The notes beneath the pieces were generated by a model. It made no database searches and had not been told where the DNA came from. It saw nothing but the letters and a program-made list of their open reading frames with translations. From a virus, in the IMG/VR virus record IMGVR_UViG_3300005518_000005: DNA of 53,650 nt; one strand, 5' to 3'. Shown piece after piece: positions 32,896-39,644 of the stretch. Position numbers and translations under genes: made by a program. Position 1 is the stretch's first letter. Every line of letters starts with the position of its first letter.

Positions 32896-33131
32896 TCCGG
32901 CACCACGTCAAAAGCGTCAGGGTCGGGCTTGCTCAGGCAGTTGTGCACGACACCCGGCGCCGAATCAAACAGCACCCACTTGCCTGTCTGTTGGCGCCAG
33001 CGCACGTCGGTCGAGCCGCAGAACTTGCAGCGCGGTTCTTGGCGTGGACGATCAGCGAAAAACCCGTGGTCACCACCCCATCGATCGCCGCCCATTAGAC
33101 GATCGATAGCTTCGTCAGCGTATTCACCCAT
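32892..33131 (-). CDS. Small zinc-ribbon protein (79 aa)
   Basis: The ATG lies 3 nt after the polymerase stop. CKFCGS..HNC is present. Confidence 0.6.
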   Translation of the reverse strand: MGEYADEAIDRLMGGDRWGGDHGFFADRPRQEPRCKFCGSTDVRWRQQTGKWVLFDSAPGVVHNCLSKPDPDAFDVVPE

Positions 33132-33134
33132 GGC

Positions 33135-36100
33135 TCAGTCCTTCCGATACGGTCCGGTCGTCTCGTAGCCGGCGGCAGCGAGCGGCAGGCCGCGGTTCCA
33201 CAAAAGGTCGGCGCACATCATCGCGCCGAGCTTCTCGGCGTTCAAGTCGTCACGGTCGGCGTCGGCCTCGCTCACGATCTCATCGTGAATCGTCAAGGTG
33301 GTTTCAAAGCCTGCAGCTTCGATCGCCTCGATCGGTTCCAAGAGCTGGTCGCACGCCACGGCCTGGGTGCAGTTGTGCACGATCAGCGGTATCCCGTCGC
33401 TTCCCCGAACCACGAATCGACTCCGAGGTCCGCAGTCAATCAGGTCGAAGACAAGCCGAGGGCTTTCCTCAGCGGCCACCCGTGGTCGAGCCGGTAGAGC
33501 AGCGTGGTCCTCTTGACCCCGAAAGTGTCCGCCGCCTGCGCTGCCGTCATGCGCCCGCGCGGTGTTCCGAGCCATCGGTTTGCTCGCGTATTCGACGCTT
33601 GCGCTTTGCGCGTCACCCAAATGCAGTTGCTTGGGGTGTAACCTCGACTGTTGTTCGATCGCTCTATCGTCAAGCCGTGGACGTACGTCAGTCCCATGTC
33701 GGCCCAGAAGGCGTCGAACGACCGTTGCCACTTGGCGCAAACACGAATCCCACGGCCCCCGTAACGTGAGTACGCCGGGTGCTTGGGGTTGTGGCAGCGC
33801 GCCAGCAGCGACCGCCACACCGCATAAGCTGGATGAGCTGACATGCCGTGCTTCGTGTTCTTCTGCCCGATCGTCACGAAGCGCAAGCATCTGCAGGAGG
33901 CTTTGACGCTCTTGTTCTGCAGTTTCAGCAGCTCGCTCGCGGCCATCTCGATCGTTCGGCCACATTGGCATTTGACTTCCCACAAGGAGCGTCGCCCGTT
34001 GCTGCCGGTATACCGAATAGCTGAAAGGTAGCCGACACGGAGCCCGCTGATGTCTTTCGCACGATGATGCACGCTGCCAACCTTCTGTTGTGAGCACCCG
34101 ATGCTCGGGCGTCATCTCGACGTTGAAAGCTGACAGCGTATGTCTCTTACCCCTATAAACGCAACCTTTGTGCGTGACCCACTCCTCGCCATCCCACACA
34201 CGTAGCTGTGGAGAGATAGTTTCGATCGGGAACCAACCTCTTTCAGTCAGAACCTCGGTGCCTTCGGCGATGCAATTCTCAAATATCTTCCCACCGTAGG
34301 TGCTGATGCGCGACCACTTGCGGCTGTACTGGTTGTGGCCCTTGTAGCTGATCCCGGGATAGGTGCGCTTGCGGCCAGTTTCGGGATCTTCCTCGACCAC
34401 GTCGAGGCCGACGCCGGGGTAGCACAGCTCGCGCCCGCTGGGCAGCCCGATGCGCAGCCACCGGCCGCTGACCTTCATCTTGACCTTGCGCGCCGGGCAG
34501 ACCTCGCCGGGGTTCGCGATGCAGTAGCGGATGGTCTCCTCGAGCTCCTTCCAGTACGTGCTGATCTCGGGGTGAGCGTGACGCCACAGGCGCTTGATCG
34601 CGTCGCACGCGACGAACGTCTTCTCGGCGAGGCCGAGCCGGGCCTTGAGCTTGCGCCGCTCGCATGCCTCCTCGTCGATCTTGCCGAGCAGGAACGCCTC
34701 CTCGGCGTCCTCGTAGAGCCAGCCGAGGAACTTCTTGGCCTCGGTCAGCGCCCATTCGGGCAGCTTGTCGTAAACCTGCTCGGTCATCTGCGCGAGGTCG
34801 ATGCTGTAGGTCGCTGCACCCGTGATGAACGCGCCGACGCCACCACCGTACTGCAACATCAGCTCCTCGACCTTGCCGATCTGACGCTCGTTGCCTTTCT
34901 TCGGCACGTCCGCCGGCTCGACGCCGAACGAGCGTGCATAAGCGAGGATGTAGAGGTCGAAGCCCTCGCCGCTGTCGTAGTCGCGGAACGCCTGCAGCTT
35001 CCACTCCTCGCCGGCCAGCCACGCCGCGAAGCGGCCTTCGATATTCGCCAGATCGGCGACAACGAGCTTCTTGCCCGTCCCGGGGATCAGCGTGCCGCGG
35101 ATGCAGTTGGAGCACGCCTGCATGGTGTCGTCGAAGATCAGATCGACGTAGTCATGCTTGATCGCGTCGATCGCAATCAGGATCAACTCCTTGGACAGCG
35201 TCGGGCGCGGCATGTTGCCGGGCTGGAACAGCCGGTGGGCGACGCGGCCGGTGCGCGCGGCGCCGCGAAACTGCATCGTGCCGCGCAGCCGGCCGTCGGT
35301 GTTGACCGAGCGCAGCAGCGTCTTGAACTTGGACACGCTGCCGGTGGCGCTCTCCAGGCGCACGGCCAGCAGCTCGCGCAGCTCGTCGGGCAGCGCCTCG
35401 TCCTTGATGCGCCGCTCGAGCGTGGCCGAGGTCATGTCGGGCAGATCGATGCCGTAGGTCTCGAGGATGTGCGCGATGAGCTGGTCGCGCTGCGTGGCGC
35501 GCTCGACCTCGCCGTTCGTCAGCGCCTGAGTGCGCCGCGCGAGAGTGGCCTTGGCCTTCTCGCTGGCCTCCACGGCCGCTCGTGCAAGTTCGACGTCGAC
35601 GCAGATGCCGCGCCGGTTGATCTTCTGGTCGAGCGCCCACAGCGCCCACTGTTTCGGGGTGTTGTTCCACTTCGGCATGCGCCGATGGCACTCGCGCATC
35701 GCGATGATGTCCTTGCCGGCGTAGCGCTTGAACTCTTCCCAGTCCTCGGGGAAGCCTTCTGGCCGGTTGAAGCCACCGGCCTTGTTCGGCACGCAGAAGC
35801 GCTGGATCAGCGCGCGGCCGCGCTTGTCCTTGGCCTTCTCGTCCACGACCCCGAGCGCTGCGCACAGCGCCTCCAGCGCGCCCGGCAGGCCGTGCAGGTA
35901 TGCCTGCACCATCGTGTCGCGGCGACGCTCCAGCGGCACGATCTCGCAGATGTAGCGCATGCTCGGGTCCGGGTCGGTCTCGAGGACGTTCCAGTCGAAC
36001 CACGCGTTCTGGAACCAGACCAGGCAATCGGGGTTGTGCAGCGCGTCGCGCAAGCGTTTCGGCCAGTCCAGCGGGCCGAGGAGCCGATCGAGCACGTGCG

Positions 36101-36245
36101 GCTCCTCGTCATCGATCGCCCAAGCGAACAGGATGATCTCGGCGCGCTCGGCGTACTTCGCCACGCCGTTCTTGATCGGCTCGGGGCTCCGGGTCTCGGT
36201 GTCCAACCACAGGTTCACAGATTTCTCGCTTGCCACAAGTGCCAC
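33135..36245 (-). CDS. Family A DNA polymerase with 3'-5' exonuclease domain, interrupted by an intein (precursor 1036 aa)
   Basis: LDTET (Exo I), VVADLANIEGR (motif A), ERQIGKVEELMLQYGGG (motif B) and TLTIHDEIV (motif C) are present. The extein junction is FEN / CTQAVACD. Confidence 0.93.
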   Translation of the reverse strand: MALVASEKSVNLWLDTETRSPEPIKNGVAKYAERAEIILFAWAIDDEEPHVLDRLLGPLDWPKRLRDALHNPDCLVWFQNAWFDWNVLETDPDPSMRYICEIVPLERRRDTMVQAYLHGLPGALEALCAALGVVDEKAKDKRGRALIQRFCVPNKAGGFNRPEGFPEDWEEFKRYAGKDIIAMRECHRRMPKWNNTPKQWALWALDQKINRRGICVDVELARAAVEASEKAKATLARRTQALTNGEVERATQRDQLIAHILETYGIDLPDMTSATLERRIKDEALPDELRELLAVRLESATGSVSKFKTLLRSVNTDGRLRGTMQFRGAARTGRVAHRLFQPGNMPRPTLSKELILIAIDAIKHDYVDLIFDDTMQACSNCIRGTLIPGTGKKLVVADLANIEGRFAAWLAGEEWKLQAFRDYDSGEGFDLYILAYARSFGVEPADVPKKGNERQIGKVEELMLQYGGGVGAFITGAATYSIDLAQMTEQVYDKLPEWALTEAKKFLGWLYEDAEEAFLLGKIDEEACERRKLKARLGLAEKTFVACDAIKRLWRHAHPEISTYWKELEETIRYCIANPGEVCPARKVKMKVSGRWLRIGLPSGRELCYPGVGLDVVEEDPETGRKRTYPGISYKGHNQYSRKWSRISTYGGKIFENCIAEGTEVLTERGWFPIETISPQLRVWDGEEWVTHKGCVYRGKRHTLSAFNVEMTPEHRVLTTEGWQRASSCERHQRAPCRLPFSYSVYRQQRATLLVGSQMPMWPNDRDGRERAAETAEQERQSLLQMLALRDDRAEEHEARHVSSSSLCGVAVAAGALPQPQAPGVLTLRGPWDSCLRQVATVVRRLLGRHGTDVRPRLDDRAIEQQSRLHPKQLHLGDAQSASVEYASKPMARNTARAHDGSAGGGHFRGQEDHAALPARPRVAAEESPRLVFDLIDCGPRSRFVVRGSDGIPLIVHNCTQAVACDQLLEPIEAIEAAGFETTLTIHDEIVSEADADRDDLNAEKLGAMMCADLLWNRGLPLAAAGYETTGPYRKD
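33372..34274 (-). mobile_element. Intein (301 codons) in the DNA polymerase
   Basis: It starts CIAEGTEVLTERGW (block A), contains TPEHRVLT (block B) and ends GSDGIPLIVHN, followed by the +1 Cys. Length is an exact multiple of 3. Lower GC than the flanks. Confidence 0.85.
33440..34072 (-). CDS. Free-standing-type HNH homing endonuclease nested in the intein, in a different frame from the polymerase
   Basis: GTG start with GAAGG upstream. DISGLRVGYLSAIRY, CQCG, SCRC, YSRYGGRGIRVCAKW, GLTIERSNNSRGYTPSNCIWVTRKAQASNTR and a C-terminal HTH-like tail are present. Frame offset from the polymerase is 1. Confidence 0.8.
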   Translation of the reverse strand: MHHRAKDISGLRVGYLSAIRYTGSNGRRSLWEVKCQCGRTIEMAASELLKLQNKSVKASCRCLRFVTIGQKNTKHGMSAHPAYAVWRSLLARCHNPKHPAYSRYGGRGIRVCAKWQRSFDAFWADMGLTYVHGLTIERSNNSRGYTPSNCIWVTRKAQASNTRANRWLGTPRGRMTAAQAADTFGVKRTTLLYRLDHGWPLRKALGLSST

Positions 36246-36409
36246 TGGGCAACCGAATGCTGGGTTGTGCCGCGACGCGCCGGGAAGCCTACAAAAACGC
36301 CGCCGTCGTTGAGTAAACGTCGCGCATTGCGCCTGTGTGCTCGGCGGCGTTTGCGCTTGTCTTTGGCGTAGCCAAGGCTGATCGCTTGTGCTGTCGACAT
36401 GATTTTCAC
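36215..36409 (-). CDS. Small very basic protein (64 aa), overlaps the polymerase start
   Basis: GGAGGG lies 6 nt before GTG 36409 (ATG 36400 is the alternative). Contains KDKRKRRRAHRRNARR. Confidence 0.5.
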   Translation of the reverse strand: MKIMSTAQAISLGYAKDKRKRRRAHRRNARRLLNDGGVFVGFPARRGTTQHSVAQWHLWQARNL

Positions 36410-36420
36410 AGTATTCCCTC

Positions 36421-36557
36421 CTCTTTGATGGTGGCGGCGCGGTCTTCTCGACCCGGCGTGAAGCGGTTCCCGTCTCCGTTGATGCCGAGAGGCACAGAAG
36501 GCTCTGCCAATGTGCCGCGGGTGCGACCTTCGCGGCGTTGCCGCCACCATCAAAGAG
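36421..36557 (-). other. 18-bp perfect inverted repeat closing a ~100-nt multi-hairpin intergenic leader upstream of the small basic gene / polymerase
   Basis: CTCTTTGATGGTGGCGGC (36421-36438) is the reverse complement of GCCGCCACCATCAAAGAG (36540-36557). Inner hairpins include GGCAcAG aagg CTcTGCC and CCGCG..CGCGG. The 3' arm abuts the SD. Confidence 0.6.
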
Positions 36558-36579
36558 CCCTCTCGCGAGGGCCCGGGGA

Positions 36580-37185
36580 TCAGGTCAGGGAGTCGGTGTC
36601 TTCCGTGCCCTCGGTGATCTCCTCGAAGGCGTCGGCGTTCGGCGCCGAGCCGCCGGAGAACGCATCGCCGTCACGGTTGCGCTGCACGCCCAGCAGCGTC
36701 GCGCGGATCGCTTTGCCGTTGGCGTTGTCCTGCGCCCAGAGCTCGATCTGCAGGTTGATGTAGCAGCCCGAGTAGATGCGGCCGCCCTTGCCCTCGTACA
36801 GCGTGTTGTCGGGCTTGTAGATCGGGCTCTTGTCGGTGTCGAACACGAGCGGCCGGCCCTTCTCCTCGTTGCGGTGCGCGGTGAGCGCCCAGTGCCCGGC
36901 ATACCCGTCGTAGTCCTTGCGGCGTCCGTCGACCTTGAAGCAGGCTTTCGGATCGGAGAGGATGTTTTCCAAGATCGTCTTGTACTTTTTCTCCCAGCGC
37001 GCTTTTGCGACTTCTTCGATCATCGCGTCGACCGCCTTGACTTGGGGATCGTCGTAGGCGGCCAGGCCGGTCGCGGACCAGCGGGCCTTGTCGGTCGGCT
37101 TCTCCTTCTTGCCGCCGAAATACTCGGGCTCGCCGAGGGTGAGGAACGACGCGCGGACGTTCTTGAGGGTGATAACGGTTCCCAC
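36580..37185 (-). CDS. Single-stranded DNA-binding protein, DUF2815-like
   Basis: 201 aa with an acidic C-terminal tail ..FEEITEGTEDTDSLT. Its position between the DUF2800-like nuclease and the family A polymerase is the usual module order. Confidence 0.6.
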   Translation of the reverse strand: MGTVITLKNVRASFLTLGEPEYFGGKKEKPTDKARWSATGLAAYDDPQVKAVDAMIEEVAKARWEKKYKTILENILSDPKACFKVDGRRKDYDGYAGHWALTAHRNEEKGRPLVFDTDKSPIYKPDNTLYEGKGGRIYSGCYINLQIELWAQDNANGKAIRATLLGVQRNRDGDAFSGGSAPNADAFEEITEGTEDTDSLT

Positions 37186-37199
37186 TTCTGTATTTCCTT

Positions 37200-37364
37200 T
37201 CAGGTTGGTGTGAGAGACTGGGGCGGGACATCAGCGCATTGAGCGCAGATCTGAGGTTCGACTTCCGTGGTCGAAGAGTCTTCCGGTTGATTCAGGCGCC
37301 GGCCGCAGTGGTAGCAGTAGAGCAGCCGCTGAAACTCTTCCGGCCCGTCGTCATCCGGCTGCAT
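37200..37364 (-). CDS. Small zinc-ribbon protein (54 aa)
   Basis: ATG 37364 lies directly after the upstream stop. CYHCG..CAQC is present. Confidence 0.55.
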   Translation of the reverse strand: MQPDDDGPEEFQRLLYCYHCGRRLNQPEDSSTTEVEPQICAQCADVPPQSLTPT

Positions 37365-37366
37365 GG

Positions 37367-37642
37367 TCAAAACGTCGTCGGCTGCGCGATGCCGCGGATC
37401 ACGGCCATCCAACCCTGTTGCAGTTGGGTGGCGCCGATGCTGACCCAGCGTTGGTCGAGCGGGCTGCGATTGCCGGGAATGACGGTGGCGCCATCCGGCG
37501 GAACTGGGTTCGGGTACGAACGCAGCTTCTCGATGAACGCGCCGCACTGCTCCGCGAGCGCCTTGCCTTCGTTCATGAGCGCGACTTCGGCTTCGCTCAG
37601 TTGGCGGTAGCCGGTGATCTTCGGCTGGGTGAAAGTTTCCAT
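37367..37642 (-). CDS. Candidate Acb2-like cyclic-oligonucleotide sponge (91 aa; alternative coupled start ATG 37714)
   Basis: METFTQPKITGYRQLSEAEVALMNEGKALAEQ...DQRWVSIGATQLQQGWMAVIRGIAQPTTF. The motif pattern matches my recollection of the Acb2/Tad1-hairpin family. Not verified. Confidence 0.5.
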   Translation of the reverse strand: METFTQPKITGYRQLSEAEVALMNEGKALAEQCGAFIEKLRSYPNPVPPDGATVIPGNRSPLDQRWVSIGATQLQQGWMAVIRGIAQPTTF

Positions 37643-37713
37643 ACGCTTGCCTTTCGTGATGCGTTGCGTGGTCGGTGATCTGTCCTCACCGCGAAGGTAC
37701 TTGCCGACGTTCA

Positions 37714-38487
37714 TCAGAAGATAGGAGGCTGCTCGGGGTCCTCGAGCGTGATGGGCTTGGACTCGTCCACGACGTCGAACGCGTCCGCGTCGGGCATCGT
37801 CGGCGTGTAGGGGGTCTTGATACGACTCTTGTGTTTGACGCTCGGGACCGCGGCCGCGCGCACCACGTGGTCGCGCTGCAGCTCGGCCCAGCGCGCCTCA
37901 GGGATCACCGCGCCCTTGCCCTTCGCCATCTTCTCGAGCGTCGTCGGGCTCTTGAGCTTGCGGTCGTACACGAGGTCCATCTCGAGCTTGAACTTCTTGC
38001 GCATCAGCTCCTCGACGACCTTGGGGTCGCGCCAGTTGCGATTCCCCTCGCGACCGAGCTCCAGGCCCCAGCTCGGGAACTCCTGCCCGCCGAGCAGCCG
38101 CGCCTCGGTCTCGGCGCGCACGGCCTTGGCCCAGTCCTCGAGGAACCCGAGCACGGCCATCGTGCGATCGAGGTACGCGATCGGGTCTTCGGCCTTGAGC
38201 GTCTCGGCGAGCACATCGGCCGCCGGGGCGTTCTCGTCGATCACGTCGAAACCGGCGCCGACCTCGCGCTCCAGCTTCGCGCGGGCCGCCGGGCAGCGCG
38301 CCATGACCGGGCAGAACGCGCACTCCTCTTCGTTCGGGTTCTCATTCAAAAATTCTTTTTCCCAATTGTGTTTCGCAAGAGAACCTTCAACCCGGAGCAT
38401 GCCGAGAGTGATAGTTGCGCTATCGACACGTTTTGCCTTTTCACGTGCAATAGCGGCGAAATGTGCAAGAGATGCAAATTCGATCAT
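37714..38487 (-). CDS. DUF2800-like PD-(D/E)XK (Cas4-like) nuclease, C-terminal half
   Basis: Same frame as 38542..39174, separated from it by TGA plus 18 codons. Carries the Cys triad CAFCPVMARC. Confidence 0.65.
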   Translation of the reverse strand: MIEFASLAHFAAIAREKAKRVDSATITLGMLRVEGSLAKHNWEKEFLNENPNEEECAFCPVMARCPAARAKLEREVGAGFDVIDENAPAADVLAETLKAEDPIAYLDRTMAVLGFLEDWAKAVRAETEARLLGGQEFPSWGLELGREGNRNWRDPKVVEELMRKKFKLEMDLVYDRKLKSPTTLEKMAKGKGAVIPEARWAELQRDHVVRAAAVPSVKHKSRIKTPYTPTMPDADAFDVVDESKPITLEDPEQPPIF

Positions 38488-38540
38488 GCGCTGGCCTCCG
38501 GTGAGTACGGATGAAGTTCGGGCTTGTACACGGAACCCAT
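38484..38540 (-). CDS. 18-codon relay micro-ORF between the two nuclease halves (speculative)
   Basis: The ATG lies 1 nt after the nuclease-N TGA. The product is MGSVYKPELHPYSPEASA with good codon usage. Its TGA overlaps the ATG of the C-terminal half (ATGA). Confidence 0.3.
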   Translation of the reverse strand: MGSVYKPELHPYSPEASA

Positions 38541-38541
38541 T

Positions 38542-39174
38542 TCACAGATCCCCCACCGGCAGCACCCACTCGTGCATCCCGCCGTGCGCCGGCTGGTACA
38601 CCATCAGGCGGACGGTCTTGATGTCGCGCATCAGCGAGTGCTCGTCGTAGGCGCCCAGTGCGTAGAAAAGCTCCTGGGTGTTGTTCTCGACCTCGACATA
38701 CTTGAACCCGGTCTTCAGGTCGACGACGATCATCTCGTCGCCGCGGAAGGCGAGCAGATCGGCCGTGCCGAACTGGTGATCGGCCTCGTCCAGGCCCTCG
38801 AGCTCGTCCTCGGGCACGACGTAGCGCGTGAACTCGACGCGCTGCTCGATGAACCAGTCGACGCCAAGCTCCAGGCCGTCGACGATCTCGCGCACCGCGG
38901 CGACGTAGCCCTCGACGGTCGCGGCCATCTCCTCGGTGAACATGACCCCGCGCAGTGGCTCGCGCGGCAGGCTGACGGTGATCAGCTCGCCGACGTACGC
39001 GTGGGCATCGCCAAAGCCTTCGCCGAGCACATTGGCTGCGACCGTATGCGTCGCCGTGCCGGCGTCGCTGTACTCGGACGGGTCGGAGCCTTTGCCGTCG
39101 CTCAGGGGGATGGAGCCGGGGCACGGAAACCACCTTTTGCTTGAACTGGGGGATAGGCGGGCGTGGGCGCGCAT
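38542..39174 (-). CDS. DUF2800-like PD-(D/E)XK (Cas4-like) nuclease, N-terminal half
   Basis: MRAHARLSPSSSKRWFPCPGS.. and DLLAFRGDEMIVVDLKTG (D..D-x-K) are present. It ends at an in-frame TGA (38542-38544). Start is in a TGATG overlap. Confidence 0.7.
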   Translation of the reverse strand: MRAHARLSPSSSKRWFPCPGSIPLSDGKGSDPSEYSDAGTATHTVAANVLGEGFGDAHAYVGELITVSLPREPLRGVMFTEEMAATVEGYVAAVREIVDGLELGVDWFIEQRVEFTRYVVPEDELEGLDEADHQFGTADLLAFRGDEMIVVDLKTGFKYVEVENNTQELFYALGAYDEHSLMRDIKTVRLMVYQPAHGGMHEWVLPVGDL

Positions 39175-39377
39175 CAACGGTCCTTCAAAACGTCGACTGC
39201 TTCGGCATTGAAGAGTCGGAAGATGAGCAGGGCGTAGAGCAGTGCCATCAGCGTGTAGACGGTACCGAACATCCACAGGGGCGCGTCGAAGCGCTCGAGG
39301 ATCAGCCACCAGACGAACGGCGCTGACAGACTGATGCGCGGCGGCATGTTGGCGCCTTTGATGTATCGATCGCGCAT
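39174..39377 (-). CDS. Small membrane protein (67 aa)
   Basis: ATG 39377 in a TGATG overlap with GGAGG upstream. Two hydrophobic segments. Confidence 0.6.
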   Translation of the reverse strand: MRDRYIKGANMPPRISLSAPFVWWLILERFDAPLWMFGTVYTLMALLYALLIFRLFNAEAVDVLKDR

Positions 39378-39511
39378 CACTCCTCCGTGCCGTGCTGCTG
39401 ATCCCCGAGGTGGTCGGCGTGCTCCTGCTCGCGGACCTCGGCCCAGCGGCCGCTGCCGCGGGTGTGGATGTCTCCGGGCGGAGGCGCCAGGAGATCGATC
39501 GGATCTTCCAT
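39377..39511 (-). CDS. Small acidic ORF (44 aa), uncertain
   Basis: GAAGGAA lies 5 nt before ATG 39511. It directly follows the structured leader. Confidence 0.4.
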   Translation of the reverse strand: MEDPIDLLAPPPGDIHTRGSGRWAEVREQEHADHLGDQQHGTEE

Positions 39512-39523
39512 TTCCGTTCCTTC

Positions 39524-39620
39524 GTTGTTTGAGGTGCAGTCTCGTCCGTTACTGCGACGTGCCCTGCCTAGGAGTACGGGCACCGCTGGCCACGCCGAAC
39601 GTGGCTGCACCTCAAACAAC
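39524..39620 (-). other. 16-bp perfect inverted repeat closing a three-hairpin, cloverleaf-shaped intergenic structure
   Basis: GTTGTTTGAGGTGCAG (39524-39539) pairs with CTGCACCTCAAACAAC (39605-39620). Inner hairpins are CGTC/GACG (9-nt loop), GTGCCC/GGGCAC (13-nt loop) and GCCACG/CGTGGC (5-nt loop). Confidence 0.6.
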
Positions 39621-39644
39621 CCTCGTTGCCGAGGGTGGACCCTT

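Noticed and set aside
34335-36371. 678-aa plus-strand ORF antisense to the DNA polymerase.
   Set aside because: The polymerase motifs (DTET, DLANIEGR, QYGGG, IHDE) are unambiguous on the minus strand. The plus-strand translation is low-complexity L/A/R/D/V.
38542-38544. TGA recoding (Trp/Gly/Sec) as the explanation for the in-frame stop in the nuclease.
   Set aside because: TGA is used as the ordinary stop for dozens of genes in this genome, often in ATGA/GTGA overlaps. I saw no SECIS-like context.
39524-39620. Possible tRNA gene, because of the cloverleaf shape.
   Set aside because: The closing stem is 15-16 bp rather than 7. The central loop is 13 nt. The T-loop reads GCCGAAC rather than TTCRANY. 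Spacing between the acceptor and D stems is wrong, and there is no discriminator/CCA context. I kept it as an unexplained structure.
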